This document shows, one piece after another, positions 1 through 10,113 of a stretch of DNA of 64,000 nucleotides (position 1 is the first letter of the stretch; each line of letters opens with the position of its first letter). This stretch comes from Patescibacteria group bacterium UBA6532 (GTDB taxonomy: Bacteria; Patescibacteriota; Minisyncoccia; Minisyncoccales; UBA6532). Under the pieces are notes generated by a model. The model made no database searches, was not told where the DNA came from, and saw nothing but the letters and a program-made list of their open reading frames with translations. The stretch is from assembly GCA_002434805.1 (NCBI GenBank), contig DJKW01000001.1:5805-69804 (forward strand). Direction: 5' to 3'. The translations under genes and the position numbers were made by a program.

Positions 1-1
1 A

Positions 2-403
2 GCTTCATCTTTTGTAGCGATTGCTAACCAAGGAAAGCTTTTAGAGCCTAAAATAGTCCAGAAAGTAGTAAACCAGGATAAAAAATTAGTTAGAGAAATA
101 GATCCTGAAATCTTAAACGAAAACTTTATAGACCAAGAAAACCTTCAGGTAGTCAGAGAAGGAATGCGAGAAGCTGTAATTTACGGTTCATCGGTTCTCT
201 TGAGCAATTTACCCGTTAAAGCGGCAGCGAAAACAGGAACCGCTCAAACGCCAAAAGAAAACTATTATCATAACTGGATTACTGTTTTTGCTCCATATGA
301 TGATCCAGAAATCGTTCTCACTATAATGATTGAAAGCGTCTACGGTGAACAGGTAGCTGCCCTTCCTGTAGCTAAAGAAATTCTCTCTTGGTATTTTAGG
401 TAA
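2..403 (+). CDS. Penicillin-binding protein (transpeptidase), C-terminal fragment. The 5' end lies upstream of the window.
   Basis: The frame is open from position 2 (ASSFVAIANQGKLLEPKIV...). A KTGTA motif (the KTG box of PBPs) and the C-terminal tail are present. The ORF-track M at 164 is internal. Confidence 0.7.
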   Translation, partial: ASSFVAIANQGKLLEPKIVQKVVNQDKKLVREIDPEILNENFIDQENLQVVREGMREAVIYGSSVLLSNLPVKAAAKTGTAQTPKENYYHNWITVFAPYDDPEIVLTIMIESVYGEQVAALPVAKEILSWYFR

Positions 404-483
404 AGCATTAAAATAAAAGAAATAAAAATATATTGAGGTGGGAGGCAAGTTCTCCCTCTTTTTTATTCACATATTTGAGGTTG

Positions 484-571
484 ACCCCGCACCTAATCTC
501 TGATTAACAATCCTTATTTTAAAATCGGTCAATATTCAGCTTAATTCCTAACATAGATTAGGTGCGGGGTT
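484..571. promoter_or_regulatory. Perfect 16-bp inverted repeat (ACCCCGCACCTAATCT ... AGATTAGGTGCGGGGT) separated by a ~56-nt loop. The distal arm abuts a TTGACA-N17/19-TATAAT promoter for greA.
   Basis: Read directly from the sequence. TTGACA lies at 572-577 and the TATAAT-like box at ~594-599. Confidence 0.5.
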
Positions 572-616
572 GACAAAGTTTTTTAACTAAGTATTATAAT
601 CTAACATGTTAATTTT

Positions 617-1072
617 ATGGAAAAATTTTTAACCCCTGAGGGTTTTAAAAAACTAAAAAAGGAACTTCAGCATCTAAAAGAGGTTAAGCGAAAGGATATG
701 GCTCAACGTCTGAAAAAAAGCATTTCTTATGGCGATTTGAGTGAAAATTCCGAATACCAAGAGGCTAAAGAAGCCCAGGGTTTTTTAGAGGGAAAAATAG
801 TTGAACTTGAAGAACTAATGACCTCAGCTGAAATTATTTCTCCGAAGAAGAATTCTGGAGTTGCCCAAATTGGCTCGACAATTTTGGTGAGTTCTGGTTT
901 AAGAAAAGAGAAGTTCAGAATTGTTGGTGCTGAAGAAGCAAATCCTGTAGAAGGTAAAATTTCAGCTGACTCTCCTTTGGGAAAAGCCGTTTTAAATCAG
1001 TCGTCAGGCGCTAAGGTGGAAATAAAAACTCCTGATGGCAAGGTTTTGTATAAAATTATCAAAGTTGAATAA
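617..1072 (+). CDS. greA: Transcription elongation factor GreA
   Basis: 151 aa. It has the N-terminal coiled-coil and C-terminal FKBP-like domain pattern typical of GreA (LTPEGFKKLKKEL...YGDLSENSEYQEAKE). Confidence 0.9.
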   Translation: MEKFLTPEGFKKLKKELQHLKEVKRKDMAQRLKKSISYGDLSENSEYQEAKEAQGFLEGKIVELEELMTSAEIISPKKNSGVAQIGSTILVSSGLRKEKFRIVGAEEANPVEGKISADSPLGKAVLNQSSGAKVEIKTPDGKVLYKIIKVE

Positions 1073-1092
1073 AAGTTAATAGTTTCTGGAGA

Positions 1093-1130
1093 ACACCCTG
1101 ACTTGAATAAAGTAGGGTGTTTTTTCTTTT
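1093..1130 (+). terminator. Rho-independent terminator after greA
   Basis: Stem ACACCCT...AGGGTGT followed by a T-run. Confidence 0.6.
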
Positions 1131-1155
1131 GACCTAAATCTAAAAATGACATAAA

Positions 1156-2481
1156 ATGAAAAAAGATATGCCAATTAGCAAACTTCGGAAAAATCGATTA
1201 AAAAAGCTGGAAAATATCAAAAAATCCAAAGCTAACCCTTACCCTGCTAAAACAAAAAGAACTCATCTTATTGAGGAAGCTTTGTTGAATTTTGAGAAAT
1301 TTTCCAAGGGGAAAAAGAAGATAGTCTTGGTCGGTAGAATCAGGTCAATTCGAGAACACGGAGGTTCTACTTTTTTACACTTTGAAGACGGCACGGGAAC
1401 AATACAGGGCTATTTTAAGAAAAACATAGTAGGCTTGAAAAAGTATAGATTTTTCTTAGATAACTTTGAAACCGGAGATTTTATTGAAATTGAAGGAAAA
1501 CTCTTTAATACCAGAAAAGGAGAAAAAACCATTGAAGCTTCGGATTTTAAGATTTTAGCAAAATCACTTTTGCCCCTTCCTGAAAAATGGCACGGCTTAA
1601 AAGATGTTGAAGAACGTTTTAGAAAAAGGTACCTTGATTTAATAATGAACCCTAAAGTAAGGGAAAAGTTTAAGGTCCGCAGTAAGATTGTTAAAACCTT
1701 AAGGGAAATCTTAAACAAAGAGGAATTTTTTGAAGTTGAAACTCCAATTTTGCAACCAATTCCCGGAGGAGCTTTAGCCAAACCCTTTAAGACGCACCTA
1801 AACGCTCTAAATATTGATCTCTATCTTCGAGTAGCTCCAGAACTCTACTTAAAGCGTCTTTTGGTCGGTGGATTTGAAAAGATCTACGAAATTGGAAGAT
1901 GTTTTCGGAATGAAGGAATTGACGCTTACCATAACCCAGATTTCACTATGCTTGAACTTTACTGGGCCTATCAAGATCGAGACGGCCTTATGAAGTTCGT
2001 GGAAAATATTTTTAAGGAATTACTAAGCGGGATTGGGAAGGGAAATACGATCAGTTACCAGGGAAAAAAGATAAATTTCAAAACTCCCTGGAAAAGAATC
2101 AAATATAGCGAGATTGATTTTGAAAAAGATAAAGAAAAACTAATTCAGCCCACCTTTGTTGTTGACCACCCTTTGGAAATAACGCCTTTAGCTAAAGCTA
2201 AAGATGATAATAAAAAATATGCCGATCGGTTTCAGTTAGTGGCTGGTGGTATTGAATTAATAAATGGTTTTTCTGAATTGAATAATCCTTTAGAGCAAAG
2301 AGAGCGACTCTCAAAAAACAATAAAAGGAAAGATGAAGATTTTTTACAAGCTCTAGAATATGGAATGCCACCAGCTGCAGGATTTGGTATCGGCATTGAC
2401 AGATTATCGGCCCTGCTTACTGATTCCCATAGCTTGCGAGAGATAATTCTTTTTCCAACCATGCGTCCCAAGAAAAAATGA
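1156..2481 (+). CDS. lysS: Lysyl-tRNA synthetase, class II
   Basis: Class II motifs are present: FRNEG, GGIELINGFSELNNP and GMPPAAGFGIGIDRL. Confidence 0.9.
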   Translation: MKKDMPISKLRKNRLKKLENIKKSKANPYPAKTKRTHLIEEALLNFEKFSKGKKKIVLVGRIRSIREHGGSTFLHFEDGTGTIQGYFKKNIVGLKKYRFFLDNFETGDFIEIEGKLFNTRKGEKTIEASDFKILAKSLLPLPEKWHGLKDVEERFRKRYLDLIMNPKVREKFKVRSKIVKTLREILNKEEFFEVETPILQPIPGGALAKPFKTHLNALNIDLYLRVAPELYLKRLLVGGFEKIYEIGRCFRNEGIDAYHNPDFTMLELYWAYQDRDGLMKFVENIFKELLSGIGKGNTISYQGKKINFKTPWKRIKYSEIDFEKDKEKLIQPTFVVDHPLEITPLAKAKDDNKKYADRFQLVAGGIELINGFSELNNPLEQRERLSKNNKRKDEDFLQALEYGMPPAAGFGIGIDRLSALLTDSHSLREIILFPTMRPKKK

Positions 2482-3077
2482 AAAAGATATTAATTGCTAC
2501 AACTAACCCGGGAAAACTTTTAGAATATAGAGAAATATTAAAAGAACTGTCCCTAGAAATAGTCACCTTAAAAGACTTAAATAATCAAACAGAAGTAAAA
2601 GAAGACGGAAAGACTTTTAAAGAAAATGCCATAAAGAAGGTTAAGTTTTATTCAAAATTAACCGAATTTCCCACTATAGCTGAAGACAGCGGCCTGGAAA
2701 TAGACTATTTAAACGGAGAACCAGGAGTAAAATCAAAACGTTGGCCGGGTTATGAAGCTTCAGAGAAAGAATTGATAAATCTGACTCTTAAAAAGCTCCA
2801 GGGCGTTCCTTTAGAGAAAAGGGGAGCCCAACTACGAGTGGTTATAGCCCTGTCTATTAATAAAGAGATAAAGCTTTTTGAGGGGGTTATTCGAGGAGTG
2901 ATAATAGAAAAACCTATAAAAAAGATTATTCCCGGCTATCCTTTCAGAACTCTCTTTTATATTCCGGAAATTAAAAAAGTTTTAGGAGAATTAACAATGG
3001 AAGAAGAAACAAAAATAGCCCACCGGAAAAAAGCTTTAGAAAAAGCCTTACCAATAATTAAAAAATATTTATGTTAG
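2478..3077 (+). CDS. rdgB: Non-canonical purine NTP pyrophosphatase (Ham1/RdgB family)
   Basis: ATTNPGKLLE ... AEDSGL ... NGEPGV are Ham1 signature segments. Confidence 0.75.
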   Translation: MKKILIATTNPGKLLEYREILKELSLEIVTLKDLNNQTEVKEDGKTFKENAIKKVKFYSKLTEFPTIAEDSGLEIDYLNGEPGVKSKRWPGYEASEKELINLTLKKLQGVPLEKRGAQLRVVIALSINKEIKLFEGVIRGVIIEKPIKKIIPGYPFRTLFYIPEIKKVLGELTMEEETKIAHRKKALEKALPIIKKYLC

Positions 3078-4339
3078 ACATTAAATTTATTCGCCAAAAT
3101 CCTCAAGCTGTTAGAGACGGCTCCCGAAAAAAAGGAGTCAAAGTTGAAATTGACAAGCTTTTAAAAGTAGATAAAAAAAGGCGGAAAATCATTCTCGCTA
3201 TAGAAGACATAGCAGCTAAAAAGAACAACTCCTCTAGGAAAATATCTCAAACAAAAAATAAAAAAGAAAAGAAAAAGCTAATTTTGGAAATGAGAAAAAT
3301 CGATACTAATTCAGATAGATTGAATAAAGACTTAAAAAAGCTTAGCGTGGAGTTTAATGATTTAATGTATCAAATTCCCAATTTACCAGAAGATGACGTA
3401 CCTTTTGGCAAGAATGAAAAAGACAATGTGGTTTTAAAAAAATGGGGGAAGAAACTAAAATTTGGTTTTAAACCAAAAGATTCTTTAGAAATAGGAGAAA
3501 ACCTGGATTTAATTGACGTTAAAAGAGCAGCTAAAGTTTCTGGCACAAGGTTCGGTTATATTAAAAAAGAAGCAGCTTTAATTGAATTTGCTTTAATAAA
3601 TTTAGCTTTCGATACTCTTAGTAAAGAAGGATTTATTCCTATTGTTCCCCCGGTCTTTATAAAAGAAGAAGCAATGCGGGCCATGGGATATATTAATAAT
3701 AAAGAAGATTTAGCTGAAAGATATTTTTTTAAAAAAGATAAGCTCTTTTTAGTTGGAACTTCAGAACAATCAATTGGCCCAATACACCAAGATGAAATAT
3801 TTAAAGAAAAAGACTTGCCCCAGCGCTATGTTGCTTTTTCAAGCTGCTTTAGAAGAGAAGCTGGAAGCTATGGAAAAGATACCAGGGGAATTTTAAGAGT
3901 CCATCAATTCGATAAAGTAGAAATGTTTAGTTTCGCTCATCCTAAGCAATCAAAAGAGGAGTATAAATTTCTTTTATCAATAGAAGAAAAGTTAATGCAG
4001 CAGCTTAAAATTCCATATCAGGTGGTTCAAATGTGCACCGGGGATTTAGGTAATCCTGTAGCTGCCAAATATGACATTGAAGCTTGGCTTCCCAGTCAAA
4101 ATAAATATCGGGAAACCCATTCAGCTTCAAATACAACTGATTTTCAGACAAGAAGACTGAATATCCGCTATAGAAATTCAAAAACTAAGAAATTAGACTT
4201 TGTTCACACTTTAAATGGAACTACTTTCGCTATTGGCAGAATGCTCATTGCCATTATTGAAAACTACCAGCAAAAAGACGGGAGTGTAAAAATACCTGAA
4301 GCTTTACAAAAGTATCTTAATTTTCAAAAGATCGGCTAA
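3071..4339 (+). CDS. serS: Seryl-tRNA synthetase
   Basis: N-terminal coiled-coil arm followed by a class II core (FRREAGSYGKDTRGILRVHQFDKVE). Confidence 0.9.
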   Translation: MLDIKFIRQNPQAVRDGSRKKGVKVEIDKLLKVDKKRRKIILAIEDIAAKKNNSSRKISQTKNKKEKKKLILEMRKIDTNSDRLNKDLKKLSVEFNDLMYQIPNLPEDDVPFGKNEKDNVVLKKWGKKLKFGFKPKDSLEIGENLDLIDVKRAAKVSGTRFGYIKKEAALIEFALINLAFDTLSKEGFIPIVPPVFIKEEAMRAMGYINNKEDLAERYFFKKDKLFLVGTSEQSIGPIHQDEIFKEKDLPQRYVAFSSCFRREAGSYGKDTRGILRVHQFDKVEMFSFAHPKQSKEEYKFLLSIEEKLMQQLKIPYQVVQMCTGDLGNPVAAKYDIEAWLPSQNKYRETHSASNTTDFQTRRLNIRYRNSKTKKLDFVHTLNGTTFAIGRMLIAIIENYQQKDGSVKIPEALQKYLNFQKIG

Positions 4340-4340
4340 A

Positions 4341-5030
4341 ATGCCCACCTTATTAATTCTCCATGGCTGGGGATCTTCTTCTAAAAAATGGCAAAAAGTC
4401 AGAAAGATTTTAACTAGCCAGGGATTAAATGTTTTAGTTCCTGATCTGCCTGGTTTTGGCAATGCTTCATTGCCCTCAAAACCCTGGTCAGTTAATGATT
4501 ATGTCGAGTGGATAAGAGAATTCAGCGAAAAAGAGAATCTTTCGCAGTTTTTTTTATTAGGCCATTCTTTTGGAGGCAGAATAGCTATAAAGTTTAGCGT
4601 AAAGTATCCGGAAAAGGTATCTGGTTTAATTTTATCCGGGGTGCCAGCCATTAGAAAAAAAATGGAGACTGAAGAAAACTTAGCTGGAATATTATCAAAA
4701 CTTTCCTTTATACCCGGCTACCAGTTTTTACGGAAATTGTTTTATAAATATATTTTAAGGAAAACCGATTATATTAAACTTAAAGGAGTGATGAAAGAAA
4801 CCTTTAAAAAAATAGTAGCTGAAGATTTGGCAGTTTATCTTCCTCAAATAAAAGCTAAAACTTTGATTTTATGGGGCGATAAAGACGACTATGTTCCCGT
4901 TAAAACGGCTTCCTTAATAAAAGAAAGAGTTATTAATTCAGAAATGATAATTTTTCCCGGGTCTGGCCACAGCCTTCAAAAAGAAATCCCAGACAAGTTA
5001 TCTGAAAGCATGCTTAACTTTATTAAATAA
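4341..5030 (+). CDS. Alpha/beta-fold hydrolase
   Basis: GHSFGG nucleophile elbow, with HGWGSS near the N-terminus. Confidence 0.6.
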   Translation: MPTLLILHGWGSSSKKWQKVRKILTSQGLNVLVPDLPGFGNASLPSKPWSVNDYVEWIREFSEKENLSQFFLLGHSFGGRIAIKFSVKYPEKVSGLILSGVPAIRKKMETEENLAGILSKLSFIPGYQFLRKLFYKYILRKTDYIKLKGVMKETFKKIVAEDLAVYLPQIKAKTLILWGDKDDYVPVKTASLIKERVINSEMIIFPGSGHSLQKEIPDKLSESMLNFIK

Positions 5031-5035
5031 TCTTT

Positions 5036-6559
5036 ATGTCACTGGAAAACTTCAGCGCCATCTATCTTCTGACATTTTTCTTCTGGATTTTAACTTTTAA
5101 TAAAAGGTTGTTTTTTTGGTTTTGGCTCTGGCAGTTAAAAGAATACCATTTGGGAAGATTTAAGGCTCATTTTCAAACAGATAAGGGAAAACAACTAGTT
5201 TTAAACAAGTTTTTGGCAGGTAAAATAATTGTTTTACTGGGTTTTCTTTTAACTCCATTCTTTTTTTCTGCACCAACATTTAATTTATTTGCTGCTTCCT
5301 TGGCCATATTATTGTCAATATATCTAATTGAGGGAACTAAAGTTATCGTTGATATGTTCAAAAAACGGCTGAAATCTCCTGTTTTGACTAAAAAGACTGT
5401 TTTAATTATCGGCCTATCCTTTCTGGCTCAGTTTCTCTTTCTAGAACACGTCTTGAAGTACTTTTTTATATCTATTTTACTCTTAGATATTCTTTCTCCT
5501 TTTATTGCTTCATTTTTTGTAGGCCTCATTCATCCTTTAACTGTTTTTTGGCGCTGGCAGATTATTAAAAAAGCCAAAGAGAAGAGGAGTAAATTCAAAG
5601 ATTTAATCGTCATAGGGATTACGGGTTCTTATGGTAAAACCTCTACCAAGGAAATCTTAGCTCATATTTTAAGTAAAAAGTTTAAGGTTTTAAAAACAAA
5701 AAAGCATCAAAATTCAGAAGTAGGTGTTTCCCAGTGCGTCTTAAATGAGCTGACTTTAGAACACGAGGTTTTTGTCGTAGAAATGGGAGCTTATAATAGG
5801 GGAGGAATAAAGCTCCTTTCTCATATTGTAAGTCCTAAGATCGGGATTTTAACTGGCATTAACGAACAGCATATGGTGACTTTTAAGTCTTTAGAAAACA
5901 TTATTAAAACTAAATACGAATTAATTGAGAGCCTGCCAAAAGATGGAACAGCTTTCTTTAATGGAAGAAATGAATACTGCCTGGAGCTTTTTCAGAAAAC
6001 AAATATAAAGAAAAGTCTTTATGGAGAGAATGTGGAGTTAGCTGGCATGGAAAACATTGAAGGAGCTAAAGCTGTAGCCAGAGAATTGGGTATGACAAAT
6101 GAAGAAATTAACCAAGCTTGTGAAGAAATTAAGAGCAAGTTTCCGGGCCTTCAGTTAAAGAAAGGTATAAATGGATTGAATATTATTGATGCCAGCTATT
6201 CAGCTAACCCAGACAGTCTTATTTCCCATCTGGATTATTTGAAAACTTTACCGGCTAAGAAAATAATAGTCATGCCTTGTTTGATTGAATTGGGAAAAGC
6301 AGCTAAAAAAGTTCATAATAGAATAGGGGAGAGAATAGGAAAGGTTTCTCATTTAGTCATAATCACGACGAAAGATTATTTTGAGGAAATAAAAAAAAGC
6401 GCTATATCAAGCGGTTTTCCAAAAGAAAATATTTTGTATATTGAAGATCCAAAGAAAATTATTGAAAAGATAAAAGAATTTTCCAAACCAGGCGATATAG
6501 TCCTTTTAGAGGGCCGAATTCCACTTAAAACTAAGCTTAGTTTAATTATTGAAAATTGA
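5036..6559 (+). CDS. Mur-ligase family protein (MurF-like) with an N-terminal ~185-aa multi-pass membrane domain
   Basis: Residues 1-185 are hydrophobic helices, followed by the Mur ligase P-loop GITGSYGKTSTKE and a C-terminal domain. Confidence 0.6.
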   Translation: MSLENFSAIYLLTFFFWILTFNKRLFFWFWLWQLKEYHLGRFKAHFQTDKGKQLVLNKFLAGKIIVLLGFLLTPFFFSAPTFNLFAASLAILLSIYLIEGTKVIVDMFKKRLKSPVLTKKTVLIIGLSFLAQFLFLEHVLKYFFISILLLDILSPFIASFFVGLIHPLTVFWRWQIIKKAKEKRSKFKDLIVIGITGSYGKTSTKEILAHILSKKFKVLKTKKHQNSEVGVSQCVLNELTLEHEVFVVEMGAYNRGGIKLLSHIVSPKIGILTGINEQHMVTFKSLENIIKTKYELIESLPKDGTAFFNGRNEYCLELFQKTNIKKSLYGENVELAGMENIEGAKAVARELGMTNEEINQACEEIKSKFPGLQLKKGINGLNIIDASYSANPDSLISHLDYLKTLPAKKIIVMPCLIELGKAAKKVHNRIGERIGKVSHLVIITTKDYFEEIKKSAISSGFPKENILYIEDPKKIIEKIKEFSKPGDIVLLEGRIPLKTKLSLIIEN

Positions 6560-6582
6560 AATAAAAAAGAAAGTATTTCAGT

Positions 6583-7605
6583 ATGCAAATCATAAATTGT
6601 CAAATAAAAGAGATAATTAATAAAGAAGCTTGGGAAAACTTTCTTGCCGAGATTAAAGAGAAAACATTATTGCAGTCTTGGAATTGGGGCGAGTTTAACA
6701 AAGTTAGAGGAGATAAAATCTGGAGGTTGGGAATTTACGATAATGAAAAACTAATTGGAACTGCATTAACAATAAAAGTTAAATCAAAAAGGGGAACCTT
6801 TTTGTTTGTGCCCCATATCGTAAAGCTTCCCAAGAATATCTTAAAAGTCTTAACAGATCATTTAAAAGAACTGGCAAAGAAAGAAAAGGCTAGCTTTATC
6901 CGAATTGCTCCGGTTTGGGAAAAGAACGAAGAGAATAAAGAAATATTCAAAGAACTAGGGTTTAGAGAAGCGCCAATTCATATGCACCCGGAATTAACCT
7001 GGGAATTGGATATTATACCAACAGAAGAAGACCTTTTAAAGAACATGAGAAAAACAACCAGGTATCTTATCCGCCAAGCTAAAAAGAACCCTGATATTAA
7101 AATTGAACAAAGTAAAAATATAGAAGATATTGATAAATTCCAAAACCTTTACAAAAAAACGGTCCAGCGCCACCATTTTATAGCCTTTCCATCAGACTAT
7201 TTAAAAAACCAGTTTTCTTCTTTTTTAGGTGATAACCAAATCTCCATATTCTTAGGGGAGTACAAAGGAGAGCTGATTTCATCTGCTATTGTGGTTTTCT
7301 GGCAAGGATTGGCTTTTTATCATCACGGCGCTTCTTCAACTAAATACCCAAAAGTACCTGTTTCTTATTTGCTCCAGTGGGAAGTAATAAAAGAAGCTAA
7401 AAAAAGAGGTTGCAAATTGTATAATTTCTGGGGCATAGCTCCAGACAACAATAAAAAGCATCCCTGGGCCGGGCTTACTTTATTTAAAATGGGTTTTGGT
7501 GGGTATAAGAAAGAATACATTAAAACTCAAGATCTTCCTTTGTCTAATAAGTACTGGTTAACTTATATCTTTGAAAGGATTAGAAAATTCAAACGCCATC
7601 TATGA
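6583..7605 (+). CDS. FemAB-family peptidoglycan interpeptide aminoacyltransferase (FemX-like)
   Basis: N-terminus QSWNWGEF...W and C-terminus AFYHHGASS mirror the FemX pattern (QS..G..Q..W; WYMYAGS). Confidence 0.65.
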   Translation: MQIINCQIKEIINKEAWENFLAEIKEKTLLQSWNWGEFNKVRGDKIWRLGIYDNEKLIGTALTIKVKSKRGTFLFVPHIVKLPKNILKVLTDHLKELAKKEKASFIRIAPVWEKNEENKEIFKELGFREAPIHMHPELTWELDIIPTEEDLLKNMRKTTRYLIRQAKKNPDIKIEQSKNIEDIDKFQNLYKKTVQRHHFIAFPSDYLKNQFSSFLGDNQISIFLGEYKGELISSAIVVFWQGLAFYHHGASSTKYPKVPVSYLLQWEVIKEAKKRGCKLYNFWGIAPDNNKKHPWAGLTLFKMGFGGYKKEYIKTQDLPLSNKYWLTYIFERIRKFKRHL

Positions 7606-8402
7606 AAAAGAGTAAATTATTTAGAAAACGCCATACTTTTAGAAGAAAAAAACCAATATTAAAGAGCAGGTATCTCTGGATTATTGGTTTAGTCCTCATT
7701 GCTTCAGTATCTCTTTTTTACTTTCTGACCTTTTCTGAAACTTTTCAAATAAAGAATATAGTTGTTACAGGCGAAGAAAAAGCATCAAAAGAAGAAATTA
7801 TATTGATCGTTGAAGGAAAACTGGATAAAAGATTGTTATTTTTTAAAACAAAAAGTATTTTCTTTGTTAACTCAAAAGGAATAAGGGAAGATATTTTAAA
7901 TGCCTTTCCTCAGATAGCTGGAGTGGAAATCAGCAGGGGACTCCCTGCTACCTTAAATATTTTTGTCGTAGAAAGAATGGGACTACTTAACTGGTGCCAA
8001 GAAAACAATTGTTTTTTGCTTGATAATGAAGGAATAATCTTTGAGGAAGCTTCAAGAGAAATAGACTTAATCAAAATTATAGACAAAGAAAACGCACGCT
8101 CTTTAGTTCTGGGAGAAAGGGTGATTGAGAAAAACTTTCTCTTGAATATTTTAAAACTTAAATCTAATCTCAATGATGATTTAAAGCTGCCGATTGTTGA
8201 GATTTCCATTATATCTAATGAAAGATTGAACATTAAAACGTTCGAGGGATGGCTAATTTATTTTAATCCCAAAGAGGATTTAGATTGGCAGACCCAAAAG
8301 CTTGACTTGGTCTTAGAAAAACAAATTCCTCTCGAAAAAAGAGAGGAATTAGAATATATTGAATTACGATTTGGAAACCAGGCGTTTATAAAATACCAGT
8401 GA
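7602..8402 (+). CDS. ftsQ: Cell-division protein FtsQ/DivIB-like (POTRA)
   Basis: Basic N-terminus, a single TM helix, then FQIKNIVVTGEEKASKEEI, a POTRA-like beta strand pattern. Confidence 0.55.
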   Translation: MKKSKLFRKRHTFRRKKPILKSRYLWIIGLVLIASVSLFYFLTFSETFQIKNIVVTGEEKASKEEIILIVEGKLDKRLLFFKTKSIFFVNSKGIREDILNAFPQIAGVEISRGLPATLNIFVVERMGLLNWCQENNCFLLDNEGIIFEEASREIDLIKIIDKENARSLVLGERVIEKNFLLNILKLKSNLNDDLKLPIVEISIISNERLNIKTFEGWLIYFNPKEDLDWQTQKLDLVLEKQIPLEKREELEYIELRFGNQAFIKYQ

Positions 8403-8406
8403 TTTA

Positions 8407-10110
8407 TTATTCAATATAATAAATAAATATTGAATAGCCGATTTTAGTTACCGGAGTATAATCATTAAGCCAGTTAAAATAGCCAGACGACTCGTTAAGC
8501 CCTGGTATAGGAATTCCTCTGCCAACCTGGAGAAAGGTGGCGGAAACGGCAATCCAGCCCTTCTGAGGCTCTTCCCAGCTGAAATATTGGGCTTTATCTC
8601 CTAAATGATATATGGGATCAGCACCGCCAAAGTAGGCGATTTTTATTTCCTCAATATTGTTTTCATCTACCCATTGAGCCAGCCGTTTTAAATCCTGGCC
8701 CCAGTCTAAATTAGAGTCCACGGTATAAATATAGCCCTTATCCGGCCCTCCGACTAACTCATTAAAATAAGATAAAAAATGAGGATAAACTAAGGCTACG
8801 CTCGCTCCCTGCCATAAAAGAAGCAGGGCCAAAAGAATGTATTTTATCTTAAGAAAAGGTTCTTTAAGCCAATTTATTGTTACCTTGCTGACTAATAAAA
8901 TTAGAAAAGGAAAGGTGGGCAAAAGATGGCGTACCCCGATATTAAGATTACTGCTTAAACTGGTAAACCAATAAAGGCCGATAAAAGATATCATGGCAAA
9001 TTCCGGGAAATATGTCCTTAACTTTTCTAAGAATTTTCTTTTCCTTATAGACCAGAGAGCATAAAGAAGAGCAGTTAAGGTTAAAATATGAAAAGCCAAT
9101 GGTACTTTTATAGCATAAACTATGGGGAAATAGCTTTTCCATCCTAAGTTAGAAATCTCACCCATAAAATAGGTGGTGTGCCCAAAAGCGGCTCTCTGAA
9201 ATACCATAAAAAGGCCTGTAAAATACTGGCTGTAACCTTGCAGAAATGGATTTTCAGCTGCCCAGAAAATAGGTTCTTTAATAATATCAGGATAGTCAGC
9301 AATAGAAACCTTAGCATCGCTGAGTTGTCTTTCTGGAGGATAATTCCAAACATGGTACTGGTAAACAGGCCCAATAACCAAAAAGCTGATAATAACAACA
9401 AAAATCAGGGTTTTTAAAGCATTTTTAAGACTGCCTAGTTTTATCAGCCACCAGATGATAATTAAAAAGAAGAAAAAAGGAAAAAGAAGAATTACAGAAA
9501 ACTTCAAAAGCTGAGCTAAACCCAAAGCAATTCCAGCTAAGATAATATTCCTTTTACTTTGGTTTTTAAGGGCTTTAATAAAATAATAAGTGGCAATAAA
9601 AATAGCGGCTGCCGCTCCAACGTCAGTGGTAACCAATCTGCCGTGGGTAAGAAAAGTAGGGGAGAAGGAAAAGAGAAATAAAGCAAGTAATGCGCCCTTA
9701 TCTCCTATGAGCTCTCTTGCCCATTTAAAAACATATACTCCAAGGAGAATTAAAAGCAAAATCATTGGGATTCTGCCCCAAAAAATCATTTGATCTGTCG
9801 GGTTGCCGGCTTTATAAAGAAAATAGCTTCCAAATTCCCACTGGCCGTTAACGTCGTCTTTCCAGGCTTTAATATCGGAAGGAAAATTAATTCCATCTAA
9901 GAAAAGCAAAGGGACAGCGGATAGGTCCTTAATTAAAGGAGGGTGTTCTGGATTTAATCTCATATCTTTTTGGGTAAGATAAGAGTAACCAGCTGGCAAA
10001 TGAGCTAACTCGTCCATGGTAAGAGAGTCGTCTTTTATGCTAAAAACCGCCATTGAAAACATTATGACAAGCAATCCTCCGGCAATAATTAATGTAAAAC
10101 GATTAGACAT
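8407..10110 (-). CDS. GT39/GT83-family (ArnT/PMT-like) integral membrane glycosyltransferase
   Basis: About 12 TM helices, with an N-terminal D-E-x-x-H...HPPL loop (MDELAHLPAGY...PEHPPLIKDL). Confidence 0.65.
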   Translation of the reverse strand: MSNRFTLIIAGGLLVIMFSMAVFSIKDDSLTMDELAHLPAGYSYLTQKDMRLNPEHPPLIKDLSAVPLLFLDGINFPSDIKAWKDDVNGQWEFGSYFLYKAGNPTDQMIFWGRIPMILLLILLGVYVFKWARELIGDKGALLALFLFSFSPTFLTHGRLVTTDVGAAAAIFIATYYFIKALKNQSKRNIILAGIALGLAQLLKFSVILLFPFFFFLIIIWWLIKLGSLKNALKTLIFVVIISFLVIGPVYQYHVWNYPPERQLSDAKVSIADYPDIIKEPIFWAAENPFLQGYSQYFTGLFMVFQRAAFGHTTYFMGEISNLGWKSYFPIVYAIKVPLAFHILTLTALLYALWSIRKRKFLEKLRTYFPEFAMISFIGLYWFTSLSSNLNIGVRHLLPTFPFLILLVSKVTINWLKEPFLKIKYILLALLLLWQGASVALVYPHFLSYFNELVGGPDKGYIYTVDSNLDWGQDLKRLAQWVDENNIEEIKIAYFGGADPIYHLGDKAQYFSWEEPQKGWIAVSATFLQVGRGIPIPGLNESSGYFNWLNDYTPVTKIGYSIFIYYIE

Positions 10111-10113
10111 AAT

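Noticed and set aside
1410-1781. Antisense ORFs inside lysS, grpE, dnaK, dnaJ, ctpA, pyrG, gltX, the GT39 gene and others that are listed in the six-frame track
   Set aside because: Each lies within a confidently identified gene on the opposite strand. They are typical AT-rich shadow ORFs.
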